DNA of 64,000 nt from positions 1,488,001 to 1,552,000 of the forward strand of contig OX597822.1 in NCBI GenBank assembly GCA_951406725.2, given 5' to 3'. Below are positions 13,615 through 28,773 of this stretch, piece after piece. Numbering within the stretch: position 1 is the first letter of the stretch; each line of letters begins with the position of its first letter. Origin of the DNA: Octopus vulgaris. Taxonomy: Eukaryota. The position numbers were made by a program, and so were the translations under genes. A model generated the notes under the pieces. It made no database searches. It saw only the letters and a list, made by a program, of their open reading frames with translations, and was not told the origin of the DNA.

Positions 13615-14230
13615 AAGGGCGGTGGTGGTGTTGAAGGTTGCAGTGGCGATGGTAGTTGTAGTTGTGGTGGGGTGTTGAGGTCTGGTTGTGTTGAGGTCTG
13701 GTGGAGTTGAAGAATGGTTGTAGTGGCGGCGGTAGTTGTTGTTGTGGTGGTGGTGTGATGATGGTATGGCGATGGTGGTTGGCAGTAGTGGCGGTAGTGG
13801 ATGCTATGGTATGTGTTGGTGATTGTGGTGGTGTTATTAGTACGGTGGTAGCGTCGGGGTTTGTAGTGACGATGGTATTCTCGACGCTGATGGTGGTGGT
13901 GGTGGTGGTGGTGGTGATGACGGAGGCGGTTATGGTGTTAATTGAGGAGGTTGTTTTGGTGATAGTGGTGGCAGTGATCGTCGCGGTGGTTGTAGAGATA
14001 TCGATGATAATAAATGGTGATCCTGATTGTGGTGATTGTGGTGGAGGTGGTGGTGGTGAAAATGGGAATGGTGACGGTGCTGGTGATGATGATGATAATG
14101 ATGGTTGTGGTGGTAGTGTTGAATGCAGTGATGATGATGTTGATAGTTATGATGTTAATATGATTACGGTTTTGGGAGTGACGATGTTGATAATGATGAT
14201 GATGATAGAGGCAAAGACAACGACGATGGC
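13615..14230. repeat. Degenerate (GGT/GAT)n trinucleotide tract
   Basis: Visible low complexity. Confidence 0.9.
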
Positions 14231-14319
14231 AAAAATTTGTCTGGGAGAGTCTATACCCAAACCCTGAACCAAGGCAGGAAAATTCGAAGTTCTACTAATA
14301 CGCACACAGAAACAGAGAA

Positions 14320-14370
<51 letters not shown>

Positions 14371-14625
14371 TAACATAAGCACACATGCGCTTCTGCACAC
14401 GTGCATCCGGCCACAAGCATTCATATGCACATACACTCACAGAAACACAAGCACATATTCTCCTAAACACGCACACTATTACACAGATATTTTATTAAAA
14501 TAATCCTGTGTCTATGTGTGTACATGGGTGTGTGTGTAAATGTGTGCCCACGCGCATATATGTGTGTGTGTGTATATATATATATATGTGTGCGTGTGAG
14601 TGTGTGTGTGCGTATATATATATAT

Positions 14626-14945
14626 TACTCTTTTACTTGGTTCAGTCATTTGACTGCGGCCATGCTGAAGCACCGCCTTTAGTCGAGGAAATCAACCCCA
14701 GGACTTATTCTTTGTAAGCCAAGTACTTATTCTGTCGGTCTCTTTTGCCGAACCGCTAAGTTACGGAGACGTAAACACACCAGCATCGGTTGTCAAGCGA
14801 TGTTGGGGGAGGGGGTTGGGTAAACACAACACACAAACATACACATATATATATACACATATACGACGGACTTCTTTCAGTTTCCGTCTACCAAATCCAC
14901 TCACAAGGCTTTGGTCGGCCCAAGGCTATAGGTAGAAGACACCAG
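14626..14945 (-). mobile_element. SINE family B (head missing)
   Basis: Homology to the other B copies. Confidence 0.85.
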
Positions 14946-14967
14946 TGATATATATATATATATATAT

Positions 14968-15087
14968 ATCACGTGATCACATGATTGAGCAGACCATCAG
15001 ATGTTGCTAAACATCGCTGGTCACAATGCGCTTCGCATTGTTTTAACCTTCGATAAACGCCACCCCGCTGGCTAAGCGAGCAGGCCA
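14968..15087 (-). mobile_element. SINE family C 3' fragment
   Basis: CATCGCTGGTCACAATGCGCTTCGCATTG...GCTGGCTAAGCGAGCAGG matches 29441-29550. Confidence 0.8.
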
Positions 15088-15240
15088 ATATATATATATC
15101 TATATATACAGGCATGAAGACACTCACATAAACAATCAGCTGCCTATAAACACATCTCTAGTGGAGACACCCAACATGCACACAAAAGTCAGACGCTCGC
15201 GTGCAGATTAACTGATAAATTATTATTTGTTGAAATAGTC

Positions 15241-17120
<1,880 letters not shown>

Positions 17121-17309
17121 TAAATCAAAGGTGTAATACAAATTAGATTAGTTGTGTGAAAACGATGGGACAGCAGGAACGAAATATCATTTCATTGTGG
17201 GTGTATTTGTATTAATAGATGAACAATGTGTTGGCAGTGCATCCTTGGCAGCCATTGCACCAGCAGGGACCCAAAGGGGCAGGCAATGCAATTATCTAAT
17301 ATTCGTGCA

Positions 17310-17371
17310 TGATAATACAACTACAACCGCAACAACAACAACAACGACGATGGTGATGATGACGATGTTGG

Positions 17372-17421
<50 letters not shown>

Positions 17422-17641
17422 GTGGTAGTGGTGGTGGTGGTGGTGGTGGTGGTGGTGGTGATAACAATAATAATAATAATAATAATAATCATAGCGGCAA
17501 CCACAATAACAACAACGACAATGGTGATGATGATGATGATGATTGTGATGATGATGATGATGATGATGATGATATTAATAATAATGATAATAGCTGCAAA
17601 AAGAACAACGGCAGCAACTATAGCATATACAGCAGCAGCAG

Positions 17642-17673
<32 letters not shown>

Positions 17674-17905
17674 GCAGCAGCAGCAGCAGCAACTACAACA
17701 AGTATGACGTCAGCAACAACTAGAAGAATTACAACAGCTACAACACCATCAATAATAATAAGACACACAACAGCAGCAGCAGTAGCAGCAGCAGCAGCAG
17801 CTAAACTAGCAGCAAAAAAAAACTACAACAATAAAAACAACTATAACAAGTGAGAACTACAATATCAGCAACAACTATTTATGCCACAACAGTTAAAACA
17901 ACAGC
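17310..17905. repeat. Compound trinucleotide tract (GAT/GGT/AAT/CAA/CAG)
   Basis: Visible. Confidence 0.93.
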
Positions 17906-17909
17906 AAGC

Positions 17910-18110
17910 CGTGGCTGTGTGGTAAGAAGCTTGTTACCCGACCACATGGTTCTGGGTTCAGACCCACTGCGTGACACCTTGTGCAAGTGTTTCTACTATA
18001 GACTTGGGCCGACCACAGCCTTGTGAGTAGACAGTAACTGACAGAAGTCCGACGTATATATATATATATATATATAGATATATGTATATATGTATATATA
18101 TATATATATT

Positions 18111-18150
<40 letters not shown>

Positions 18151-18700
18151 TAATTAAGGGTTAGTTCTTTTCACTACAAATATGACTCCACAGATATTGA
18201 ATTAACTGTCTTTTGTCTGCTATTTCTAAATTTTCGGTATGTGGTGAAGCAACTTGTTGCTAAACCCTTAATTATATTTATAATTATATAATTATATATA
18301 TAAAAAAATTTTTGTATAAGTTTTTACGGATAATGTGTTTTTTTTCCATAACGAAGCTACTTGGTAAAATTTATTAATTATTAAATTAATAATTCTTTAC
18401 CCTATATATATAATGAGTATATAGTTAGATATATAGATATGTATGTATATGTATATATTTTTATATGTGTGTGTGTGTATCTTTATGTCTGTGTTTGGCC
18501 CCCTACCATCGCTTGACAACCGATGTTAGTGAGTTTACGTTCCCGTAACCTGGCAGTTCGGCAAAAGCGACCGATAGAATAAATATTAGATTTACAAAGA
18601 CTAAGTCCTGGGGGTGGATTTGTTCGACTAAAACCCCTTAAGGTGGTGCTCCAGTATGGCCCCAGTCAAATGACTGAAACAAGTAAAAGAATAAAAGAAT
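17910..18700 (+). mobile_element. SINE family B interrupted within its microsatellite by a PLE-like fragment (18150-18410)
   Basis: Head 17910-18055, tail 18480-18700; the insert is homologous to 1840-2010. Confidence 0.78.
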
Positions 18701-18704
18701 ATTT

Positions 18705-19540
18705 TAACAACTACAACAATTGTAATAGCAATAATAAGCATAACAACTACAACTGCATCTACAACAATAACAGTCACAGCAACAACTGTAGCAGCTACAA
18801 GTATTACAACGAGCTCAATAGTAAGAACAACAACATCGTCAATCACGCCTGTAGAAAGAGAACAAGGATTAGAGTAAGAAGCGAAACAACAACAACACCA
18901 TGATAATACAGCAGCAGCAGGACGAGCTCGAAACGACGCGCAAGACAAACAGCAGAAAAATAACTTGAGAAAGAAAAAAAGTTTTGGATCAAGTACAGTA
19001 ACAACAACTGCAGCAACATCCGTAGCAGCAATAACAGCAACAACAACAACAATAGTTAGAACTACCACAATGATAGTTGTAGCAATAGAAGAACAATAAA
19101 CAATAGTAACTACAAAGCAACCACAAAGGCTTTAATAATACTGACATCCCCAGCAGCATCAACAGCAGCAGCAGCAGCAATAGAAGTAACGGGAACTACA
19201 TTAGTAATAACAAAGACAAGAACAGCGGCAGTAGTAGCAGCAGCAGCAGCAGTAACAAACGACAGCAGCAACAACATTAAGAACAATGAAAACATAAAGA
19301 ACAACAATATTTACAGCAACAACAACAGCAGCAGCAGCAGCAACAGCAAAAGCATTAATAACACATGTATTAGGAACAACAACAACAAAAACAGCAAAAG
19401 TCACTGCTACAATAACAGCAGCAGCGGCAGCAACAACAACAACAACAAAAGCGAACACAACGTCAACTGCCTCAACGACAGCAGAAATACCAGAGGCAAC
19501 AAAAATAGCAGTTATAACAACAACAACAACGATAACGAGA
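18705..19540. repeat. Degenerate (CAA/CAG)n tract
   Basis: Visible. Confidence 0.9.
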
Positions 19541-19787
19541 ATAACGAAGGAGAGGAAATTATCAAAAGTAAATAAAGGAAAGAAAGTTGCTGAGAAATAT
19601 TCATGCTGATTCATTACGCATGCGTGAAAATGTTTTATGGAAATCGCTGTATTCCTCGGCGGAGGCGCTGAGTTTAACTTTCATCCCGGGACAGAAGTTG
19701 TGGAACTCGCTGCCGATTCAATAGCAAAAGTTTGAAGAGTTAAACTTTTTGTTTTGGAGGAAACCAGGTAAGTTGAGATTATTTTTT

Positions 19788-19821
<34 letters not shown>

Positions 19822-19823
<2 letters not shown>

Positions 19824-20236
19824 TCTTTTACTCTTTTAACTTGTTTCAGTCATTTGACTGCGGCCATGCTGGAGCACCGCCTTAAGTCGAGCAAATCGAC
19901 CCCTGGACTTATTCTTTGGAAGCCTAGTACTTATTCTAATTCTATCGGTCTCTTTTGCCGAACCGCTAAGTTACGGGAACCTAAACAAACCAGCATCGGT
20001 TGTCAAACGATGGTGAAAAACAAACACATACACAGTCTCACACACGCATGCGTATATATATATATATATATATATACATATATGAAGGGCTTCTTTCAGT
20101 TTCCTTCAACCAAATCCACTCACAAGGCTTTGGTCAGTCTAAGGTTATAGTAGAGGACACTTGCCCAAGGTGCCACGTAGCAAGACTGAACCCCGGAACG
20201 ATGAGGTTGGGAAGCAAACTTCTCACCACACAGCCA
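19822..20236 (-). mobile_element. SINE family B, near full length
   Basis: Homology to the other B copies. Confidence 0.87.
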
Positions 20237-20407
20237 CCCCACACAAACAACATGAACGCACGACGAATAACAATTACAACAACAATAATAAATATAAAGA
20301 ACAGTTACTGAAATACAATAATAAAAACTTCAGCAACAAAAAAAAACCCAGCAAAAACTTCAGTTAAGAAATAAAACACACATAAAACAAAAACAATGAC
20401 ATTGTTA

Positions 20408-20584
20408 CCGTATTTTAACGCGTATAAGGAACCCTCGTGTATAAGGAAACCCCTAATTTTGGGGGCTTAAAATTTGGAAAAGTGTTTGTAAGAGATTATA
20501 ATACTATTCATATATAAGAAACTCCCATATTTTTTAAACCTAATTTTTGATAAAAAGGGTTTCCTTATACACGTTAAAATACAG
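20408..20584. mobile_element. Tc1/mariner (pogo-type) MITE with TA target duplication
   Basis: TA|CCGTATTTTAACGCGTATAAGGAACCC ... GGGTTTCCTTATACACGTTAAAATACAG|TA. Confidence 0.88.
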
Positions 20585-20673
20585 TAAATATTGTTTCAAA
20601 CATAAGCCGCAGGTCTAAACATTCGTGGAGGTGCTTTGGTGAATAATATTGACTTTACTTTATCGATCCCGTA

Positions 20674-21760
20674 AAGGCGGCGAGCTGGCAGAATCATTAG
20701 CACAACGGGCGAAATGCTTAGCAGTATTTCGCCCGTTTATACGTTCTGAGTTCAAATGCCGGCGAGGTCGACTTTGCCTTTTATCCTTTCGGGGTCAATG
20801 AAATAAGTACCAGTTACGCACTGGGGTCGATTTAATCGACTTAATCCATTCCCCCAAATTTGAGGCCTTATGCTTCCAGAAGAAAGGGTCCCGTAAAGGT
20901 ACAATGTAAAGCTGACCGCAGCAAGATTTGAACTCAGAACGTAAAGAATCATAATTAATACCGTAAATCCTTTTTACGTATGTTCTTAGGGATCTCTCGA
21001 TTCCCGCCTATTGTAACAGTTTCTAGCATTGGGACAGGGGTTCAAATTTTTCGGGGAGGGAGTTAGTCGCTGTGACTGAGTCCTGTACGTATTTAATTCT
21101 ATTTTGTTAATCCCGAAAGAATGAATTGCTTAGTTGATCTTGTCGATATCTGAATTCGGAAAGTAGAAACCCGGAATAAATACTACATCAATTAATAATT
21201 TGGGGGGAGGGGATGAGTCGATTACATAAACCCCCCACTCCATCCCAGTTTTCAACTGCGACTTATTGTATTGACCCCGTAAGGATGACAGGTAAAGTAG
21301 ACGTCTTCGGAATTTGAACTCAGAACGTAGAGTCAAGGCGGAATACCTATTTCTATTTCTTTACTACCCACAAGAGGCTAAACATAGAGGGAACGAACAA
21401 GGACAGATAAACGGATTAAGTCGATTATATCGACCCCAGTGCGTAACTGGTACTTAATTTATCGACCCCGAAAGGATGAAAGGCAAAGTCGACATCGGTG
21501 GAATTTGAACTCAGAACGTAACAGCAGACGAAATACGGGTACGTATTTCGCCCGGCGTGCTAACGATTCTGCCAACTCACCGTCTTACTACATCGAATAA
21601 TAATGGTTTCAAGGTTTGTTACACGGTTAGCAATTTTTGAGGGGAGAGATAAATCACTTATATCGACCCCAGCGATCGACCGGTAGTTATTTTGTCGACC
21701 GCGGAAGGATGAAAGGTAAAGTCTACTTCGGCTGAATTAGAACTCAGAACTTAAAGACGA
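20674..21760. mobile_element. Cluster of SINE A copies in both orientations, including a dimeric copy at ~21230-21590
   Basis: Repeated family A motifs. Confidence 0.83.
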
Positions 21761-21774
21761 TCGAAGTTCCGCTT

Positions 21775-21935
21775 CGAACTGCCTCTGATATATGAGGCAG
21801 TTGGTGAATAAGGGAGTTTGTTTTCACTGGCCTCATCTGAGTTTCCTGCCGAATGGTAGGTTCGTCCTGAACTGTTGGTAGGAGGTGATCCAGTTTGGTT
21901 TTGAAAACACCTAAAACCCCCCGTGTAGGTCTCTC
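21775..21935 (-). mobile_element. CR1-group LINE ORF2 C-terminal fragment
   Basis: FKTKLDHLLPTVQDEP...RPVKTNSLIHQL matches the FK.KLD.FL..VPDEP...NSL..Q terminal motif. Confidence 0.6.
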
Positions 21936-22351
21936 ATGCCACACATCTACCTACACGTATATTCATTTAGACAAGCACACACACGCTTAAATACACTTAT
22001 ACACACGCATGTATTCGTACTCACGCACATACGTATATCTGCATGCTTACGTTTGTGCATCCTAATGCATGTATACATTCATGTGCAGATATACATGTGT
22101 GCATCGATTAGCACTTTTCCTGCTACCGCTCACTGAACTTTGATTTCCCAGAAGTAATTAACCAATTATTAAATTTAATAGTTCTGTTCCTGAAATTTTA
22201 TATGAAGCTTAAAATAAGAAATAAGGAAAAAAGGTGGAGTTACATTTTTTTACGCATTTTGTCATTGGTCTTTTTTTGTGAGTATCACCTATTTAGTTTT
22301 TCTTTTATATCTCCGTTACGTTCTATTGATATTTCATTTCTTCATATATAG

Positions 22352-22407
<56 letters not shown>

Positions 22408-22530
22408 CATATATATATATATATATATATATACCGGAGTAAACACATAAATGTGAAACAAGGTGGAAAAAGAGTACTCAAATACCAGTGGTAGAGTAAT
22501 ATGCTTTATTTTAAGCAGCAGAAAATTCAA

Positions 22531-22580
22531 CAAAATCTGTTACTCTGAGTTTCTCGTTGCCGTTCATCAGACAGTTTTTG
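22531..22580 (-). ncRNA. Type I hammerhead ribozyme motif (left arm)
   Basis: Exact reverse complement of 24288-24337. Confidence 0.72.
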
Positions 22581-23293
22581 CTAGAATGGAACATATATAT
22601 TAATTCAATCTATACTCTTACAAACGCTACACCTTTAAAAAGAAATGGACTTGTTTGATTCCCTTTAGAAAAAACGGTCAATCTTCGAGCGATAAACAAA
22701 AAGGTCAAAAATATATGTATATATATATAAAAACTTATAAAATTATAAAATCCGAGGAAAAAACCGAGGAAAAAACCTATTGCCGTTAATGAAGACAGTA
22801 CAAATTAATGCATAGAAATTAAACCTGTTATAAATACTGCAATACATATTTATATTAAAATCCACATATATATATCAACATACACAAAGGATGCGCGTAA
22901 ACGCCATACATACATATACAGACGTATGAATATGAATCTAAATTATACACATAAAAGCATGTGTACATATATTCACGCAAACCGTCTCGCACGCAAGCTA
23001 AAATTCATCTATGTAGCAATTCTCATATACTGAGCAAGGAGGGGGGAACGAAAGAAAGGAAAGAGAAAAAGAAACGAAGGAGGGGTGGGGAAAACTTGTA
23101 GCGATATTATTGACATCTATAGAGGCCAGTATACATACACAAGTTCGAATTGATACATATACATACCGTCGTGTGTATGCGTGCTTAAGCACACGCATAC
23201 TTTCACTTACACATACACAGATACGCATGCTTACAAATATATATGCTTTGCTATATACAAACTTATATAAACATTCTAAATTTGACAACATTG

Positions 23294-23325
<32 letters not shown>

Positions 23326-24287
23326 CATTGCTTTTAAAAATGGGTGCATTAATAAAAATATATACGAAAGACATATAAAATAAAATATAACATCCTATTT
23401 TGGGTCATTTATAAATAATCAAGGTAATATAATATTACCTTGATTATTTATAAATGACCCAAAATAGGATGTTATATTTTATTTTATATGTCTTTCGTAT
23501 ATATTTTTATTAATGCACCCATTTTTTAAAAGCAATAAGTTTTTTTTTTTTTTTTTTTTTTAAAAAAGCAATGTTGTCAAATTTAGAATGTTTATATAAG
23601 TTTGTATATAGCAAAGCATATATATTTGTAAGCATGCGTATCTGTGTATGTGTAAGTGAAAGTATGCGTGTGCTTAAGCACGCATACACACGACGGTATG
23701 TATATGTATCAATTCAAACTTGTGTATGTATACTGGCCTCTATAGATGTCAATAATATCGCTACAAGTTTTCCCCACCCCTCCTTCGTTTCTTTTTTCTC
23801 TCTTTCCCTTTCTTTCGTTTCCCCTCCTTGCTCAGTATATGAGAATTGCTACATAGATGAATTTTAGCTTGCGTGCGAGACGGTTTGCGTGAATATATGT
23901 ACACATGCTTTTATGTGTATAATTTAGATTCATATTCATACGTCTGTATATGTATGTATGGCGTTTACGCGCATCCTTTTGTGTATGTTGATATATATAT
24001 GTGGATTTTAATATAAATATGTATTGCAGTATTTATAACAGGTTTAATTTCTATGCATTAATTTGTACTGTCTTCATTAACGGCAATAGGTTTTTTCCTC
24101 GGTTTTTTCCTCGGATTTTATAATTTTATAAGTTTTTATATATATATACATATATTTTTGACCTTTTTGTTTATCGCTCGAAGATTGACCGTTTTTTCTA
24201 AAGGGCCAATCAAACAAGTCCATTTCTTTTTAAAGGTGTAGCGTTTGTAAGAGTATAGATTGAATTAATATATATGTTCCATTCTAG

Positions 24288-24337
24288 CAAAAACTGTCTG
24301 ATGAACGGCAACGAGAAACTCAGAGTAACAGATTTTG
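24288..24337 (+). ncRNA. Type I hammerhead ribozyme motif (right arm)
   Basis: CAAAAACTGT-CTGATGA-ACG GCAA CGA-GAAAC TCAGA GTA-ACAGATTTTG: stem I 9 of 10 bp, canonical core, GNRA-capped stem II, GUA cleavage triplet. Confidence 0.72.
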
Positions 24338-24385
24338 TTGAATTTTCTGCTGCTTAAAATAAAGTATATATATATATATATATAT

Positions 24386-24421
<36 letters not shown>

Positions 24422-24424
24422 GTA

Positions 24425-24722
24425 TGTGGAGTTGCAATGGCCCAGTGGTTAGGACAGTGGACTCGCGGTCGTAGGATCGCGGTTTCAATTCCCACACCGG
24501 GCGTTGTGAGTGTTTATTGAGCGAAAACACCTAAAGCTCCACGATGCGCCGGCAGGGTGGTGGTGGCGGTCCCTGCTGTGCAAATTTCTCTCACTCTTTC
24601 TTCTGTCGGCCTGCTCGCTCAGCCAGCGGGGTGGCGTCATTTGAAGGCTAAAACAATGCGAAGCGCATTGTAACCAGCGATATGTACAACATCTGAGCCT
24701 GGTCGGTTACAGTGACGGTGAT
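24425..24722 (+). mobile_element. tRNA-derived SINE family C, full length
   Basis: A box TGGCCCAGTGG, B-box-like GGTTTCAATTCCC; homologous to 29441-29743. Confidence 0.87.
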
Positions 24723-26159
24723 ATATATATATACGCATATTATTACACATATTGTTTTTCAGATTTCTGATTTTACAATTTATAAGTTTGCAAACTTTTT
24801 GACTATGGTATAACAGATTTTACCTGTATAAATACACACACACATACAACCATACATACATACACAGGTATACACCTGCACACATATACATATTTATCTA
24901 TGTGTGTGTATTTATAAAAAATATATATATGTATACATACATGTGTGTGTATGTGTGTATGTTCAGTCAAAGCAACGTAGATGTACCTTTTCAGTTCTGC
25001 TACGGACCTACACTCTTTTGAAACAAAGATGTGGCAACGGCGAGCGCCTCGTGCGGCATATTTTCAAAGAGGTAAACTCATGATAATACATGCCTTTATT
25101 TCCTCAAAATTTATCATGGAATGTTTTACCGTTTTCGGCTATTACCAGCCATATTATACAACATATCAAAAATCAACCGATGCTTACAGAATGAAATCCA
25201 TCGTAAACACCGTATATCTTGATTTTAAAAGAACTCGTCTAACAATTAGGTCAAAAGCTGAAAGAAAATTTCTCTGAAAAGAAAAATCAAAAGACCACGA
25301 GATAAAATGAATATTTTTTTTCATGTGAAAATTTGTCGAATTCTTAATACTTTCTGCTTTCTGTTTTCCGGTGAGGTTTCTAGTCTAAAATTTCATTCAA
25401 TTACAAGATCTTTTCTCGTCTTTTTACTGGAATCCACAGGTGTTCGCTATGCTGTCTTTTTGTTTTCATTACATCTCATAATTTTGCGAACTTGTTCTGT
25501 CACCTTTATTTTTATATCGTTATGTACAACTTTTTTAACACAACTTCAGTGAAAATATAAATTCTGATGTAAACTCAGAAAATTAAGATTTTATAAGATC
25601 AAATACCATTTCAATGTCCTCATATATTATGTATATTTCGGTATCTTAGTTTGTCTAATTGTGAATAATTGCCATTTGAGTATATTTATGTATACTTACG
25701 TATATTTAAGTAAGCATATTGACCAAGGCTTATTTTACCACTACTCCAGTAAACCTTGCTTTTCGGAACTGGCTTGTATCGAACCTGCTCTACTCTAGGG
25801 TACTTGAATCCTTTATTATTCCTCTAGTCACTCAAATTGTGTTCCATCCTTACCCGCGTTCTATTCTTACCCAAAAACCTTACCCACATTGAACTCGCCA
25901 GTTTTAATTTATATTTCTTTTATTCGGTTTTGTTTTTGCCATTTTTCGATATATTTTGCCGTAGTTCTGTCTCCAGCATATTGCCCCTTTAAGCCAATAA
26001 AAGAAATCATTATTTATGGAAATTTTATACCTATAACTCTGCTAAACTCAAGTTTAAAATTTGGGCAAAGGCCTATAATGTGAGGCAAGTGCTTGTTATC
26101 AATGTAGGTGAAAACACGAAAATCTATGCGTTTCCCAGCACATATATGCACACCTAACT

Positions 26160-27270
26160 TCACCTCATGCGGGACGTAGAGCGCATCGGAAATAGTAGTG
26201 GTTTTAATGGGGCAATAGTCATTTTTTTAGTGTCGTCGGTCACCAAAACTTGATGGCTGCCCGGAGGAGGCACACTGATTCTGTTTCCACAAGCTTGATC
26301 GCCAAATTTGTTTTCATAGGCATTTGTTGAGTTATCAAAATAAGAAGAGAATTCTGGGGAACCGTTTAGCATTGAATGCCCATTTCATCAAAGATGCCAC
26401 AATTTCCTGCTTTGGAATGATTGCTGCGGCGGAAGGAGACTTTGAAGGGCTCCATCCACCGAATTTGGACACAAGGGAACAGTACCTGCCTTCACCATCA
26501 AGGCATCAGATATAAGAATGGCACTTCGGATGTAACGACGGTTGAAGCTATGCTGGAGGTGTACATGTATACAAGATCTTACGTAAACCAGGCTTGCAAC
26601 TTAGCATCTGGAGAGGAAAGTCTGTACTGGTTAGTTGCGAATTCTTTCACTGGGCCAACAGCCCAGTTAATATACTGGATATCTGGTTCGGGTCAGATGT
26701 CTAGGTTGACAGGATATAGGAAGAAGCTGACTCAGTAGCATAGCATCCTCTGACTGTCGTAACTTGTTCCACGAAGCATCTGACCCGAGTGCAGTTTCCA
26801 ATGATCTGGGAAAAAATATAATGACATGAGGGAGAAACCAAATGTTGGTCCGGGACACCCGTACATGAAACTGGACTACCCTGACATAACAGATACCCAT
26901 GCCCTCTATTATTTCTTACCACTGACTTACAGCCGCATAGGTAATGCCGGTTTATTTAGCCACGTCAAATTTTCTACTCTCTCCCGCCTTTTATAGAACT
27001 TTCTGGAGGAGGTGAGGAACAGCATATCCGTCTCTTCTTCAGGAAATGGAAATTGGAGAAGTTGAAGAGACCCTGGCTTGAAAAAAAATAGCTGGCTTCA
27101 AACCATTCAACACTGTACAACTTTCTTCGTCATAACTACAAGACAAAGTATGACTATTCACTCCTACTTGCAAAAGAAAGACGGTGGTTCGATTTTCACA
27201 AAAGAATCAGTTGGCAATCGGATCCGTTCTCGCAATGTCAAAAGTTGTTTGACTTCTTTCCATTCTTCGA
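26160..27270 (-). pseudogene. Possible decayed BIR-domain (IAP-like) coding sequence
   Basis: Fragmentary motifs ERVENLTW..KPALPMRL*VSG, YLLCQ...QHLVSPSCHY and FGGWSPSKSP...HSKAGNCG; many stops and frameshifts. Confidence 0.3.
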
Positions 27271-27379
27271 ACTATAATTTCTTTTCACAGTTCTTTATAT
27301 TTCTATTGAACTCTGCAAAAGTATTTTTTGCTATAGATATTAATTAGTTTTTTAATTAGTAATGTTACTTCACATTAAA

Positions 27380-28300
27380 AAAGTGGTTGCACCGATCTTG
27401 TAGCCCTCTCTGAGCAAACCAACTTTTGATTGCCCCGTTCTCGTTCTCGAATAATTGAGAGTCTTCCACTGAACCTATACCCATGGTACTTCTGGAAAAG
27501 CAAAATCTTGAGCTGGTGGGATTCACATGTCAATTAGAGAAGGGTCGTTCTGAAGCTTTTTTGTCCAGAGTTAGAGTCTGTTTTCTTCACGAGATATTGT
27601 TAGAAGATGGACAAAGCTTCTATTGACTTCAGTCATCGTGTCAGGTGTTGACGTCCATGGATGAAGTGGCTTTCATCACTAGTAACCTTTGTAATCTTGA
27701 TCCTACCTTATTTTCTGTTTGGTATCAGCAGCAGCAGCAGTGTCAGTGAAGAGATACAAGCTGCTTGTGGATTTCTTGAGACTCGCGATCAGGTGACAGG
27801 AGTTGTTCAACACTGGGTCAAGCTTTTTTTTTGACATGGGTTGATCTCTCTCAGACAGGGCATGTATACTCTGCAGTGGAATATCACAAGCTCAGAACAG
27901 TATGTCTTAACGTTTTTGCTATGAGTCTCCCATTTACAGTCGAATTCTTTCTGTAGGATGTTATTTCGAGAACCATCTTTCTATTGGTTACTCTAAAGTA
28001 GACATTGTAGGTACTTTGCTCCAGTGATGTTCTAGACCACGTGGTGCTAACCTCATGGTTCCTGAGATGCAATTAGCAGGCTTTTCTACGTTGGCATGAA
28101 AGTGGTTACCTCTGTGATAAATGAGTAGTTCGTCTAAGGTTGAAACAACGTTTTCTTCTACTACTTCAAACTTTCTCTCTTAGGATGTTATACAGGGAGT
28201 CATTAGTGCAGATGAACCACTTAGTTTTCTGATCCATTGGATGATCACATCCCGATCTCTGTCGAGTAGTACTTGGTATTACCTGCGAATTCTATCAAAC
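27380..28300 (-). mobile_element. Ingi/I-group LINE RT C-terminal fragment
   Basis: HLRNHE, SRNNILQK, KTLRHTVLSL*YSTAEYTCPV*ERSTHVKK and LDPVLNNSCHLI motifs. Confidence 0.75.
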
Positions 28301-28690
28301 ATTACGAAACCGAGTTGGGATATCCAGAACTTAACAAATGCTAGAAACGTATAAGTCAGGAACAAAGAAAGAGACTGGTACCCGCCTTTTAAGCCAGCAC
28401 TGACACTGAAAGGCTTGATTAATTCTAGTTTCAGCTTATGAGCTGTGGCCATGCTGGGGCACCGCCAGGCTGTTTGCAACTGAAGAAGAACTTGTTGCAA
28501 AATTATGCTAACAGTATCACTGTCTTATTTTCTGATTACAAGAACTCACCATGGAACAAGTGCCCTCACCCTAGAATGGAAAGTCTGACCATCTTCATTG
28601 AAAGATCCTATCACAAGTACGGAAACATCATCCTAAAAAAGAAAAGAAGCAGAAGAATCGCTGGATTGATATCAAAGAACACACACATAT

Positions 28691-28773
<83 letters not shown>

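Larger units (their letters stand above)
22434..24364. mobile_element. Palindromic (fold-back) PLE-like non-coding element embedded in (TA)n
   Basis: Arms 22504-23430 and 23432-24364 are reverse complements with a 1 nt spacer; HHR and AATAAA near each outer end. Confidence 0.8.

Noticed and set aside
13701-14267. Val/Gly/Asp-rich 188 aa ORF
   Set aside because: Degenerate GGT/GAT repeat
17228-17265. Possible miRNA (TGGCAGTG miR-34-like seed, ATTGCAC miR-92-like seed)
   Set aside because: Only seed-length matches; hairpin too short and imperfect for a pre-miRNA
20674-21760. CRISPR-like regularly recurring repeats
   Set aside because: Irregular spacing, mixed orientation, eukaryotic SINE modules; no cas genes
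22998-23867. Duplicated 97/98 aa ORF pair on opposite strands
   Set aside because: A by-product of the palindrome; no recognisable protein features
24425-24500. tRNA-Arg-like gene (also 46281, 48034, 29670-29743)
   Set aside because: No proper acceptor stem, and each continues into a SINE body; these are SINE heads
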